Shown here: positions 29,495 through 39,506 of the stretch, piece after piece
Position numbering within the stretch: the first letter of the stretch is position 1
How the letters are laid out: the number at the start of each line of letters is the position of its first letter
Assembly (NCBI GenBank): GCA_963749075.1
Contig: CAVVLJ010000017.1
Location: 448,001-512,000, forward strand
Direction of reading: 5' to 3'
Source of the DNA: an uncultured Pseudomonadota bacterium
GTDB lineage: Bacteria > Pseudomonadota > Alphaproteobacteria > JACZXZ01
DNA length: 64,000 bases
Notes under the pieces: generated by a model
Seen by the model: the letters and a program-made list of their open reading frames with translations, nothing else
Told to the model about the DNA's origin: nothing
Database searches by the model: none
Position numbers and translations under genes: made by a program

Positions 29495-29647
29495 CCTCGT
29501 TATGAAGGGCAACGCACCTTGCAGGGACTCGTCCGAGAAGCGGCAAGTAATATAGACAATCGCCGGCGAGCTCAGCCGTCGTCTCCGTCCGGCAGTCATG
29601 ATCGCCGTCATGCGCAATCCTGTCGGCCCCCAGAATGGCGAGATCGC

Positions 29648-30313
29648 ATGTATTTCATGTTGCATATCGGGAAAACCGGAGGGAGCTACACGCAGCATAT
29701 TTTTTCCCTGATCCCTGCGGCGCGGAATTTGGTCCGCTTTCTTGATCACCGATTCACCCTTGAGACCGCGCTCGGTAGTTTTCCCGGCGAAGAGGCGGTT
29801 TTTGCGATACGCGATCCTCTCGCTATATTCGTTTCAGGCTTCTACAGTCGAATGCGTCAAGGGCGGCCGCGAAACAACCAGCCCTGGTCTCCGGAAGAGA
29901 CGGCCGCCTTTGCGGCCTTTCAAACGCCGAACCAGCTCGCGGAGGCGCTCGGCTCCGATCAACCTAAGCTCAGAGAGTGCGCCGAGTTTTCCATGCGAAG
30001 CATCTATCATGTGGCACGTTGTCTGCATTTCTATTTGGGATCCGTATCGTTGGTCCGGCGGCACAGATCGCGAATATGCTTCATCCTGCGGCAAGCAACT
30101 CTCGACGAGGATATTCAGCGGTTTTTGGCAAGAAACGGCATTCTGAGCGCCCACTTGCCAATCCATGACGATCTGGTCCGGCATGCCAATCCTCCCCACC
30201 TGGATCGGACTTTATCGCCGACGGCCATCGGCAATTTGACCGCATGGTACAAGACGGATTTGGAACTTTATGGCGAGTGCCAAGCTCTGGCTTCGGAGAT
30301 AAATGAGGCTTGA
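29648..30313 (+). CDS. Sulfotransferase (family 2-like)
   Basis: LHIGKTGGSY; IRDPLAIFVSGFY; WYKTDLELY. Confidence 0.8.
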   Translation: MYFMLHIGKTGGSYTQHIFSLIPAARNLVRFLDHRFTLETALGSFPGEEAVFAIRDPLAIFVSGFYSRMRQGRPRNNQPWSPEETAAFAAFQTPNQLAEALGSDQPKLRECAEFSMRSIYHVARCLHFYLGSVSLVRRHRSRICFILRQATLDEDIQRFLARNGILSAHLPIHDDLVRHANPPHLDRTLSPTAIGNLTAWYKTDLELYGECQALASEINEA

Positions 30314-30558
30314 GAGCGGCTCCAAGGATGCGTTCGATAAACCTTGATTCACGTGTCGCGCCTCACCAGTCGGCGGACCAAGAGACGGATGCTGGCGAGC
30401 ATGAGGAAAGCAAGGGCGGTCACGGCGACGCTTTCGAAGTCCTTGGCGGGACGGCGGCAGCGGCCGGGATAGGCGAACGTGCGCTCGAGGATCCAGCGCT
30501 TGGGCGAGACCCTGAGGCCAGCTATGTCCGGCGGTCGAGGCGGCTGTAGAGGGCTCAT
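30311..30558 (-). mobile_element. IS5-family remnant (transposase C-terminus plus degenerate terminus)
   Basis: PKRWILERTFAY..RCRR.AKDFE...IRLLVRRL matches the C-terminus of the IS at 31.5 kb; terminus TGAGAGCGGCTCC. Confidence 0.8.
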
Positions 30559-30641
30559 CGAGGCTCCCCGCCTCCACGGGGATTTATCGACTCAAGAGTT
30601 CGAGTTGCACGTCATTCACTCTGTAATCACGGGCCAGGGTC

Positions 30642-31418
30642 ATGGCGAAGAACTTGATCATTCTGCGATCGAGCCCGGACTGGACGAATTATAATCTTGA
30701 GAGGACGCGTGAATTCCTCAGAGGCATGAATCTGCCCGAGGATCTGGTGATCGAGTTTGCTGCACTGTGGAGCCGGCACTTCGGGGTCGATTTTCGCGGC
30801 GTCCGAGCCCAACTGAAGGCGCTCGCGTTGCAAACCTATAAAGAGGTCGAGGCGGCCGTTCTTCTCCGTCATGAGGAGTGGGACGGGAGCGGAGATCCCG
30901 AGGGCCGCATTGCCTTCGTAGACGACGACGACTGGATGTCAGCGGGGCTGTTCGAAGACCTGCCCGCAAAAGCGTTCGGTGAGGACGGAGTACGCTGGGG
31001 AGGGCTCCGGCTGGGCCGAGTCTTCGCAGAAAGCGGCTATTCCGAGCCGATCGTCCAACGACGTCCCCTGGATCGCATGGTCTACACGAATAATTACGCT
31101 GTTACGCTGCGCGCGCTTCAGCGACTTGGGCGCGCAGCTCTCTTTGTCCACACCTCCGCTCAGGCGTCGTTCGATCGATCCGACTTCGCGCTCTCGACTT
31201 CCGAGTTGTATCTGTCATGTGCCGTGAAACATCCTTGTTGCACTATGTCGATGAATTATCTTATGTCGCTTGAGAGCTTCCGAACCGACCCGCGCCGAGA
31301 GATGTCAAGATTTATGGAGGCCGTCGACGCGATGCGGCTGGAGGACATCGTGGAGTGGCTAAGAGGGCCATTCGCACGCTTTCGCGAGATCATGGCCGAC
31401 GCAGTCCGACCTCATTGA
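30642..31418 (+). CDS. Hypothetical protein with a GT-A-like DxD motif
   Basis: 258-aa ORF with IAFVDDDDW after a hydrophobic strand. Confidence 0.6.
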   Translation: MAKNLIILRSSPDWTNYNLERTREFLRGMNLPEDLVIEFAALWSRHFGVDFRGVRAQLKALALQTYKEVEAAVLLRHEEWDGSGDPEGRIAFVDDDDWMSAGLFEDLPAKAFGEDGVRWGGLRLGRVFAESGYSEPIVQRRPLDRMVYTNNYAVTLRALQRLGRAALFVHTSAQASFDRSDFALSTSELYLSCAVKHPCCTMSMNYLMSLESFRTDPRREMSRFMEAVDAMRLEDIVEWLRGPFARFREIMADAVRPH

Positions 31419-31545
31419 GACAGGCAGCCAGTGAGTGCGGGCCGAACGCGCTCCTCGAGCATAGCGGTCTCAAAGTCGGTTCGGAAAACTCGAATCCTCG
31501 ATCAAGCGGTTATCCGCGTGAGGCGCCGGAGCAGGAGACGTATGA

Positions 31546-32490
31546 GAGCCGTTCCGGGAAGTTTCGATTCATGATGAAGAGGCTGTCAATCGGCGCAGCA
31601 TGAGGCGGATCATGGCGAGGCGGACGAAGGCCGCCGCCTTTCGTGCATGACGCTCGAAGTCTTTGGCGAGGCGGCGGCAGCGGCTGATCCAAGCGAAGCT
31701 GCGCTCGACGATCCAGCGCTTGGGGAGAACGACAAAGCGATGCAGCTCGTTGCGCTTGACGATCTCGATTCTCCAGCTTGCGCTCCGGGCGAGCGCCCTC
31801 GCCGGCTTTGGCCCCTGATAGCCGGCATCGGCCAAGATGCGCTCGATAATGGGAAACAGACGGCGTGTGCAGCGGTCGAGGACCAGGCGGGCGCCGTCTC
31901 GATCTTGGACATCGGCCGGGTGGACGACGACGTTCAAGAGGAGGCCGAGCGTGTCGACGAGAATGTGCCGCTTGCGGCCCTTGACCTTCTTGCCCGCGTC
32001 ATAGCCCGACGGATCGAGCGACGCCCCCCTTTTTGCGCCCCCTTGGCGCTTTGGGCGTCGATGACCGCCACCGTCGGGCCGGCCTCGCGTCCCGCTTGCT
32101 CGCGCACGGCAAGGCAGAGCGCGTGATGGATGCGCTCCAGCGTACCGTCCCAGTCCCACAGCTCGAGAGAGTCGTAGACCGTGCTCTTCGGCGGCAGGTC
32201 CGTCGGCAAGGCGTTCCATTGGCAGCCGGTCGAGAGCACGTAGAAAACACCGTTCAGCACCTCGCGCACATTCACCGAACGTTTCCGACCGCCGTGCTTG
32301 GCCGGCGGGATTGTCGGTTCCACCAATGCCCACTCGGCGTCGCTCAAGTCGCTGGGATAGCGCAAGCCGCGGCGGTCGGCCGCGCGGCGGTGTTCAGGCT
32401 TCCACATCGAGCACCCTCCTTCTCCAATCCGGGTGCTCTCGATAGAATCACATCCGATTCTCCCGATTCAACAACTTTCCGGATCGGCTC
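31546..32490 (-). mobile_element. IS5-family insertion sequence, about 945 bp
   Basis: Terminal IRs GAGCCGTTCCGGGAAGTT and GAGCCGATCCGGAAAGTT; flanks are TGA and TCA. Confidence 0.92.
31569..32407 (-). CDS. IS5-family transposase in two ORFs, joined by a probable programmed -1 frameshift
   Basis: OrfA YPSDLSDAEW...IDAQS; OrfB GYDAGKKVKGRKRH...ADAGY...RWIVERS; slippery AAAAAGGGGGG at about 32024-32034. Confidence 0.9.
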
Positions 32491-32806
32491 TCAGGGCGAG
32501 ATGGCTATGGGCGACGGCGAAGCGGGTTCGGCAGCGCGATCTGGGCGCGCCGGCCAACGTCAGCCTTGGCGGGCTTGCAGTAGGTCTTTGGGCGCCGAGG
32601 CGCCTCCGCGCGCGTCAACCGGATCGACGGTATCATCGGCAGCTCGAAGGCGGCGCCTAACGCCAGCGGCCATAGACCGGGTCACTCGCAAGGTGCTACG
32701 AATGCGGACGGAATCGTAGTGCATCAAGCGACGCGCCACAGAGGAAGCATGATGTTCGGGCGCTTCGGAAAAGCCGTTCGCTGATCCGTTAAATCGGTGC
32801 AAGCAC

Positions 32807-33517
32807 ATGGCCCATCGGCAGCAGCAAGCCTTTGTCGCCTTGATAAAGAAGGCGTTCCCGGACTTTTTTGTCGAGAGTCGAGTGCTCGAAGTCGGCAGCC
32901 TCAACATTAATGGGTCCGTCCGCCAGCACTTCAGCGGCGGTCAATATATCGGCCTCGATGTGGCTCCGGGTCCCGATGTCGATGTCGTCTGCCAGGGACA
33001 GAACTACGACCCACCGGACGGCTCGTTTGACGTGGTCATCTCCTGCGAGTGCCTGGAACACAACCCGTTCTGGCGCGAGACTTTCGAGAACATGCTCCGA
33101 CTCTGTCGCCCGGGCGGGCTCGTCATCATGACGTGCGCATCGACGGGGCGTCCGGAACACTGCACCCGCCGCACCACGCCAAACAATGCTCAACCGATCG
33201 ACTGGGACTATTACCGCAACCTCACGGCCAGAGATTTCTGCCGTTCGATTGCTCTCAGCCGACATCTCGCGACCTGGAAATTCTTCACCGACCTATCATC
33301 CTGCGATCTGTATTTCGTTGGATTCAAAACGGGTGCGGAAGCGCCTCAGGGTGTCTCGGCAGCGTTGAAGGCGATAAGAATTCATTATCTGCTGAAGAAC
33401 CTCCGAATCCGGCCGGCGCTGATGAGGAAGCAGCTGCTGATTCTCATGGTGGGCGAACAGCGCTATATGGCTGGGTCGCTCTTGCCATGGAAACGTCGAA
33501 AATTGCGAGAGCACTGA
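32807..33517 (+). CDS. Class I SAM-dependent methyltransferase
   Basis: VLEVGSLNINGS; FDVVISCECLEH; CRPGG. Confidence 0.85.
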   Translation: MAHRQQQAFVALIKKAFPDFFVESRVLEVGSLNINGSVRQHFSGGQYIGLDVAPGPDVDVVCQGQNYDPPDGSFDVVISCECLEHNPFWRETFENMLRLCRPGGLVIMTCASTGRPEHCTRRTTPNNAQPIDWDYYRNLTARDFCRSIALSRHLATWKFFTDLSSCDLYFVGFKTGAEAPQGVSAALKAIRIHYLLKNLRIRPALMRKQLLILMVGEQRYMAGSLLPWKRRKLREH

Positions 33518-33584
33518 GGCGATACTTTGGCCGCGTACGTGGAGTCTCTCTCAAGACATCCGGGCTTTGCCGACCGGCGTCATT

Positions 33585-34472
33585 TCAAACGGGCTCCGAG
33601 CCAATCGACGAAGGCGGACCAAATCTCATGCGGAATTCATCCAACGAAATCCTGAACGTCCGCTCGGACGCGCTGAACGCCGTGAAGACGGCATCCAGCG
33701 TCTCGGTATCCACCGGCGCGTCCCGAGCGGCTGCGGAGAGAGCGGCGTAGACGCGTGCGGTCCATGGTTCGCCGAAATGGTTGCCTGCAACTCCGTAGCA
33801 CCTTTGCCGATGAAGATTTGGATCGACGAACGCATCGATGGCGGGCTCGTCGACGGCCCTCAGGTCGATGGCCAAGCGATCCGCGATCCGCCGCGTTTCC
33901 CTTCGCCAGTCCCCCAGGACGTTCGCATATTCGACGAGAACGCGCGGAAAGCGGCGCGACATACGTTCGGCCAGAAGGTTGTACTTGAGCCAGAGAACGC
34001 CGCCCAATTCCGGAGACGCACCGACGCGCGCTGCGAGAGACGCGGCGACCTCGTCCGGATGCCGAATCGGAACGACGATCTTGACCGCAAATCCGGCACG
34101 AAGGCTTGCTTCGAACCAGAAGTCGGACAAGGCCGCGATGCGCGGATCCTTGATGACGAGGATCGGCCCGCCGGGACAGCTCTCAAGGAACGACCGGATG
34201 TCTCGAACATAGCCTTCAGAATCATCATCGCGCAGAGGGATCTCGCCTTGAAGGCGCAACGTCGGGTCGTACCACGTGGCGCCGTGGCGAAACAGAAAGG
34301 CGTCGTTGATGGCGATGGCATCGAGGGACTCCCAGTAGCCCCTCGGATTGTCCTCGCTATGCCCAAGCAGCCGATCGGGAAGAGACGCTCCGCATAGCGA
34401 CAGGACGCGGGTCAGCATCGACGTCCCAGAACGACCCATGCCGAAAATGAAAACAATATGCCGAGCGGACAT
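33585..34472 (-). CDS. Sulfotransferase-family protein
   Basis: FGMGRSGTS, DNPRGYWES, IKDPR, IRHPDEVAASL. Confidence 0.85.
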   Translation of the reverse strand: MSARHIVFIFGMGRSGTSMLTRVLSLCGASLPDRLLGHSEDNPRGYWESLDAIAINDAFLFRHGATWYDPTLRLQGEIPLRDDDSEGYVRDIRSFLESCPGGPILVIKDPRIAALSDFWFEASLRAGFAVKIVVPIRHPDEVAASLAARVGASPELGGVLWLKYNLLAERMSRRFPRVLVEYANVLGDWRRETRRIADRLAIDLRAVDEPAIDAFVDPNLHRQRCYGVAGNHFGEPWTARVYAALSAAARDAPVDTETLDAVFTAFSASERTFRISLDEFRMRFGPPSSIGSEPV

Positions 34473-34504
34473 TGACTGTTCCGGTGACCTTTTATCGCCG
34501 ACCG

Positions 34505-35269
34505 CTACATCTTTTGCCACCAGGCGCTGTTCCAATCGGCCTGGTGGATAATAGCATCGATCTTCATCTCTGCCCTGTAATCCATTATTGCCTTTTGACA
34601 AAACGGGAGGAAATAGAAATCGTCTAGAATGACGAAGCCCCCCGGTGAAAGCTTCGGGTACAAAGCCTGCAATGCAACGTAGGTCGATTCGTACAAATCT
34701 CCATCGAGCCGCATCAGAGCAAACGGGCCGGCATCTAAGGACGGCAGCGTGTCCTGGAAAAGGCCCTCAACGAAGACGACTTGCTCATCGAGCAATCCGT
34801 AGCGGGCAAAATTGGCCTTGACCTCGTCCATCGACACCGCCAATTCCCTCCACAGGTGTAAATCCAGGCCCTTATCCTCGGGAAACAGCTCCGGCTTCGG
34901 CGGCGGCAGGCCGTCGAACGAGTTGGCCACGTAGACTTTACGATCCTTGACCCGATTCGCTGCAAGGACGCCGCGCAGCAAGATGCAGCAGCCGCCGCGC
35001 CAAACTCCGGCTTCGACGAAATCGCCGGGAATCCCCTCGTCGATCGCCCGCTGCGCAAGCTCTCGGACATTTTGCAGCCGCCCTACTCCAACCATGGTGT
35101 GGGCAACCGTCGGCCAGTCGTCGCGGCCCTCCGAGCGAAGCTCCGGTTGAAAGGGCCGAGCCTTCATCGGATCGGGAAGCGTCGGATTGGTCCAGGGATC
35201 ACCGTAAATCATGTTGGTCAATATCTTGATCAACAGGTCAAGGTACAGTTGTCGCGCTGCCGCGGTCAT
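34505..35269 (-). CDS. TylF/MycF/NovP-family sugar O-methyltransferase
   Basis: HTMVG..RL, GDFVEAGVWRGG, RLDGDLYEST, SPGGFVILDD. Confidence 0.92.
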   Translation of the reverse strand: MTAAARQLYLDLLIKILTNMIYGDPWTNPTLPDPMKARPFQPELRSEGRDDWPTVAHTMVGVGRLQNVRELAQRAIDEGIPGDFVEAGVWRGGCCILLRGVLAANRVKDRKVYVANSFDGLPPPKPELFPEDKGLDLHLWRELAVSMDEVKANFARYGLLDEQVVFVEGLFQDTLPSLDAGPFALMRLDGDLYESTYVALQALYPKLSPGGFVILDDFYFLPFCQKAIMDYRAEMKIDAIIHQADWNSAWWQKM

Positions 35270-35286
35270 GACAATTCTCACAGCCT

Positions 35287-37284
35287 CTAGAGAATGCGAC
35301 GGTCCTTCAAGCGTCCCTCGACAACGTGCCAATCATTCGGCACGGCATTGAGTGCCGCTTCCCAGTTGTTCTCGATCTCCGAATAGGGCGTGTCGATAAA
35401 GCGCGCGACGGCTTCCTCGTATCTTGCTTCGAGTTCACGCGATGCCGAGTCGAGGCCGGTCACGACGGTGAGACCGGTCGACGGCGTCGCAATTGTGAAG
35501 ACGTCGAGGTCCGGACGATAGTGCTTGAGGCAAAGCACCGTTTTCCATACGTCGCCGGTGTGAAATTCGGTATCCCGCGCGCGGGCCTGCGTCGCCTCGT
35601 CGAGCGGAACGGTATCGTGCAGCAGAACGACCGAGCGTCGGCCGCAATATCTCTCGAGATTGACGAAATCCCTGAGCGCCTGTTCGTAGAGATGGAGGCC
35701 GTCGATAAAGCCGATCCCGAGCGGCCGGCCTGCGAGCAACGAATCGGGTCCGCGCCGGGCGAAGAACGTGTCGCTCGTCTCCGCGGCGATATGCGTTTCG
35801 GCCTTGATCGGGCTGAGCAAACGAGGCTGCGGACCGACGCCGATCGCCAATGTCGGGGGGCGCGCGAGCGAGAGCGATGTGCCGTCGTCGACGCCGATCT
35901 CGATGATCGTCTCCGGCGCGAGACGCGCGTAAAGACGCTCAAGCCAAGTCAAATAGCTGTCGCCGGGCATCCGCAGCGCGGCCAGGCCGTTATGGGCGTC
36001 CCTGAGCTTGCCGTCCAAGCCCAATGCGACTCGATAATGCGACGCTGCGTGACCGTTCTCGCCGAGCAAGCGATGCGCCGCCGCCATCGCCATATGATAG
36101 TCCGCGCGCCACGGCTGGGGCGCTCCATTCCATGGTAACCAGGCGGCAGTGAGCGAGAGCAGGCGCTGCGCTTCGGGCTCATCGGGCGCGCGGGCGCGGA
36201 CCAAGCTTGCGACCCCGGCAGCGGCTTCATATCGGCCGGCGCGGAACTCGTTCTGCGCCAAATCGACCAGCTGAGCGATGATCGGATCAACCGGCCGCGT
36301 GACGCGTGCTATCGACCACAGCCCGCGATCGAAATCCCGACCGAGCGGCGGTTCGAACTGAGGAGGAGGAACGATGGCGGCGCGAACGAAGCGTGCGAGC
36401 GCGGGCTGCGGCAGAGTTCCGAGAAAAGTGCGTGAAGCTGCCGGACGCGGCACCTCGAATGGCCTTCCGCGAATTGCCAGGTATTGCGCCTCCCAGTGAC
36501 GAAGATCGCGTTCCATCCGCGCGTTAGGCGCGTTGGTCGCGATGCCGCCATGAAACTGGTGAAACGTCCCTTCGCCGAGCAGGAATATCGGCTGGATGCC
36601 CGGCAGCTCCAATGCACGGCGATAGGTATCTAGGTTGACATACCCACCCCCCGGAAGATCAAAGCGCTCGTCGAGACCGCCGAGCTCCTCCCACATCTCC
36701 CGAGGCATGAAAAGGCCGTTCGACTCGGCAGTCGGCTGCAGCCAGCCATCGACCGAAGACTCGTCAAAGGTTGCAATTTCGAAAAGACGATAGCCATCCT
36801 GCGGCCATCCGATTGAAGCAAGAAGGGCATCCTCCCGAGATTGGTCGTACCCCGCCGTCATCGCCCGCCGCTGAAGGTCGCCTCCGAGATACCAACCGAG
36901 CGTTACCACCACCGCTCTGTCGTAGAGCCGAGCGCCGTGGCGGGCGAAGTGCAGCAATCCGGGAGTGACGATGCGCGCTCCGTCGATCATCACCCCGACG
37001 ATTTCGCCTCGGGCCTCGGCGAGGCCGCGATTGATCGCATGCGCCGGAGACGGCGGTGCAGGATCGATGCGGATCAGGCGAAAATTGCCCGCAAGATTTT
37101 CCAACAGATCGGGGTCGAACGGCCTTGAGCCGTTGTCGACGACGATCACTTCGTAGTCGTCGGGGTGAACATGGCGCTGATAGGCGGCCGATAGCGAGAA
37201 CAGCGTCCGCGGCGCCTCGCGGGGAATATTGTAGACGACAACGACGACCGATATGTCCGACTTGTCGGCTTTGCCGAATGACAT
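35287..37284 (-). CDS. GT2 glycosyltransferase + TPR + methyltransferase fusion
   Basis: SVVVVVYN...VVDNGS...GGLDERF; TPR-like helices; IEIGVDDG, FIDGLH, LHD, WK motifs. Confidence 0.85.
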   Translation of the reverse strand: MSFGKADKSDISVVVVVYNIPREAPRTLFSLSAAYQRHVHPDDYEVIVVDNGSRPFDPDLLENLAGNFRLIRIDPAPPSPAHAINRGLAEARGEIVGVMIDGARIVTPGLLHFARHGARLYDRAVVVTLGWYLGGDLQRRAMTAGYDQSREDALLASIGWPQDGYRLFEIATFDESSVDGWLQPTAESNGLFMPREMWEELGGLDERFDLPGGGYVNLDTYRRALELPGIQPIFLLGEGTFHQFHGGIATNAPNARMERDLRHWEAQYLAIRGRPFEVPRPAASRTFLGTLPQPALARFVRAAIVPPPQFEPPLGRDFDRGLWSIARVTRPVDPIIAQLVDLAQNEFRAGRYEAAAGVASLVRARAPDEPEAQRLLSLTAAWLPWNGAPQPWRADYHMAMAAAHRLLGENGHAASHYRVALGLDGKLRDAHNGLAALRMPGDSYLTWLERLYARLAPETIIEIGVDDGTSLSLARPPTLAIGVGPQPRLLSPIKAETHIAAETSDTFFARRGPDSLLAGRPLGIGFIDGLHLYEQALRDFVNLERYCGRRSVVLLHDTVPLDEATQARARDTEFHTGDVWKTVLCLKHYRPDLDVFTIATPSTGLTVVTGLDSASRELEARYEEAVARFIDTPYSEIENNWEAALNAVPNDWHVVEGRLKDRRIL

Positions 37285-37558
37285 GGAAATCTAGAGTCCA
37301 TTTTCTCGAAGGCCGAGCACGACCTTAACCGCCTTCGTTCGGGCGATGCTCCCGATAAAAGTCTTAACTGACATTCCGAGATGACCTTTGACGCGGCTCG
37401 GCCGGCACTCCCCCGGTGATCGGTCGTTGAAACGGCGGATCGACCTCCGATTACTTCATACCCGGTGCTGTTGGTCGTCAAGCGGATTGTACCGACCGCT
37501 CCTCGGCTGTCCGACGCCCGAACCGTCCTTGAGACGCGGATTTGGCGATTTTTCGGGG

Positions 37559-39464
37559 ATCGCGGTAGGGACGCCCATTACTGGGCGCCCCCCGCACAGA
37601 TCCGTACGGGCGGATTTCCCGCATACGGCTCCCACCTCGGGTGTTTGACGGCGAAGCGCTTGCTCGGCCAGGGGTGAAGGATGCGGGGTTTTGGGAGAAA
37701 GTCGTCGGCCAGCTTCTCGATCCGTCCCCAGGTCGAGCCGTCCTTCTGGCTGCGCCGCCGGAGCGTGCGCCGCCAGAGGCCGGTGACATGGCGCCGGAAG
37801 GCCGCAAGTGCCGGGAAGTTTGTCGGCACTGCGTGATAGCCAAAGAAGCCGGTGACGACCTGCCGCAGCCACGTCCCTTGCACCGGGATGGGCTGATGCA
37901 TCCGCCGCCGCAGTTCGCCCTTTACCTCCTTGAGCTTGGCCACCATGCGGTCACGCCGGGTCTTCCGCTTGAGGAGGAAGTTCCCGCGGCGCGATTTACC
38001 GCAGAGGAAGGTGAAGCCTAGGAAGTTGAAGGTTTCCGGTTTACCGAGCCCGCGCTGCTTGCGCTCGGCCGCGGCATGGCGGCCAAACTCGATCAGGCGG
38101 GTCTTTTCCGGATGCAGCGTCAGCGAGAACTCCTGCAACCGCTCCCGCATCGCCTCCCAGAAGCGTCGGGCGTCGGCCTCACGCTCGAAGCCGACAACGA
38201 TGTCGTCCGCATAGCGCACGATGATCATATCGCCCTGTGCCTCGCGCCGTCGCCAGCGCTCGGCCCAGAGGTCGAAGACGTAGTGCAGGTAGACGTTGGC
38301 AAGGAGCGGTGATGCCACCGAGCCCTGTCCCGTCCCCCTCTCACTCACCGTCACGACCCCGTCTTCCAGGATGCCCGCCTTGAGCCATTTCTGGATCAGG
38401 CGGATGATACGCGGGTCACTGATCCGGTTCTCCAAGAAGCGGACGAGCCATGTTTGATCGACCGCGTCGAAAAAGGACCGGATGTCCGCATCGAGAACGT
38501 AGTTCACCTTCTTGCTGGTGAGCCCGACCGCCAGTGCGTCCAGCGCATCGTGCTGGCCGCGCCGTGGCCGGAAGCCATACGAGAACCCGAGGAAGTCCTC
38601 CTCGTAGATCGCGTTCAGCACCGCGATGGTCGCCCGTTGGACGATCTTGTCCTCGAGGGCGGCAACCGCGAGCGGGCGCTGCCGGCCGTCCGGTTTCGGT
38701 ATGTACCGTCGCCGGGACGGCAGTGCCCGATACGCTCCCCGGCGGACCCGTGCGTGCAGGTCCTCGAGCTTGCACTCGAGGTCTGCCTCGTAGTCCTGCC
38801 ATGTCAACCCGTCTACGCCGGGCATGGCGTCTCGCTTGAGCGCGAAGAACGCCAGCCGGAGCAGGCTGATGGTGATATGGTGGAAGAGCGAGGTGAACCG
38901 TTCCTTCTTCCTTTGCCTTGCCGCTTGTCGTATGCGATCCAGCGCATGGGACACGCTTTCCCGGTCCTGTGCCCGGCGCGTGCTGTGCTGGCCCGCATTC
39001 CCCTTGGCCTCCGCCCTTCGCTCCACCGGCTCCGCAACCGATTGCCCGGCCTTGTTCGTCGGCTTCCCAGCTACTATGGCGGAGTCTGACTTCCCGCGCC
39101 CGTGCGTCATCGGCTACGGCTCCTCGCCTTCCCGATGCGGACCAGGGCGGCTTGTCGCCGCTGGCCGGACGTGGGATCTCCCAGGTTCCGGCGGGCTCCC
39201 TTTGTGCGTGATGGGGTCTTCGACCTCGGTAGGGCGACGGCGCCTCGCATAGCGGCGCCGCACATGTTGCCTTCGGCTACACTAAAAGCCTCGGCCCCTC
39301 CGACATTACTGCTTACGCGGCTCAATAGCCCACCCCGCACAATCGCTGTGTACGCTTCGCCGTGGTCGTTGCCTTCCACAGCGCAACACTCGCTACCAGG
39401 CGGGCGCTACCCCTTACCTGGGCCGGACTTTCACCGGCTGGATCACGCCAGCTTCCTGGCGCAC
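37559..39464 (-). mobile_element. Complete group II intron, about 1.9 kb
   Basis: 5' end GTGCG at 39464; domain V GAGCCGTATGCGGGAAATCCGCCCGTACGGATCTG; domain VI ending CCCTACCGCGAT at 37559; internal RT ORF. Confidence 0.92.
37578..39110 (-). CDS. ltrA: Group II intron reverse transcriptase/maturase, no endonuclease domain
   Basis: YIPKPDGRQRPL, FSYGFRP, DADIRSFFD, GTGQGS, RYADD, FLGF; the ORF runs into domain V. Confidence 0.95.
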   Translation of the reverse strand: MTHGRGKSDSAIVAGKPTNKAGQSVAEPVERRAEAKGNAGQHSTRRAQDRESVSHALDRIRQAARQRKKERFTSLFHHITISLLRLAFFALKRDAMPGVDGLTWQDYEADLECKLEDLHARVRRGAYRALPSRRRYIPKPDGRQRPLAVAALEDKIVQRATIAVLNAIYEEDFLGFSYGFRPRRGQHDALDALAVGLTSKKVNYVLDADIRSFFDAVDQTWLVRFLENRISDPRIIRLIQKWLKAGILEDGVVTVSERGTGQGSVASPLLANVYLHYVFDLWAERWRRREAQGDMIIVRYADDIVVGFEREADARRFWEAMRERLQEFSLTLHPEKTRLIEFGRHAAAERKQRGLGKPETFNFLGFTFLCGKSRRGNFLLKRKTRRDRMVAKLKEVKGELRRRMHQPIPVQGTWLRQVVTGFFGYHAVPTNFPALAAFRRHVTGLWRRTLRRRSQKDGSTWGRIEKLADDFLPKPRILHPWPSKRFAVKHPRWEPYAGNPPVRICAGGAQ

Positions 39465-39506
39465 TAGTGGCACCGTTTGAAACTCTGCGCCTCGAGGGTC
39501 AGCGAT

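Noticed and set aside
37578-39110. RT as a retron, DGR or defence RT
   Set aside because: GTGCG 5' end, domains V/VI and a maturase region identify an ordinary group II intron; no template/variable repeat pair was seen.
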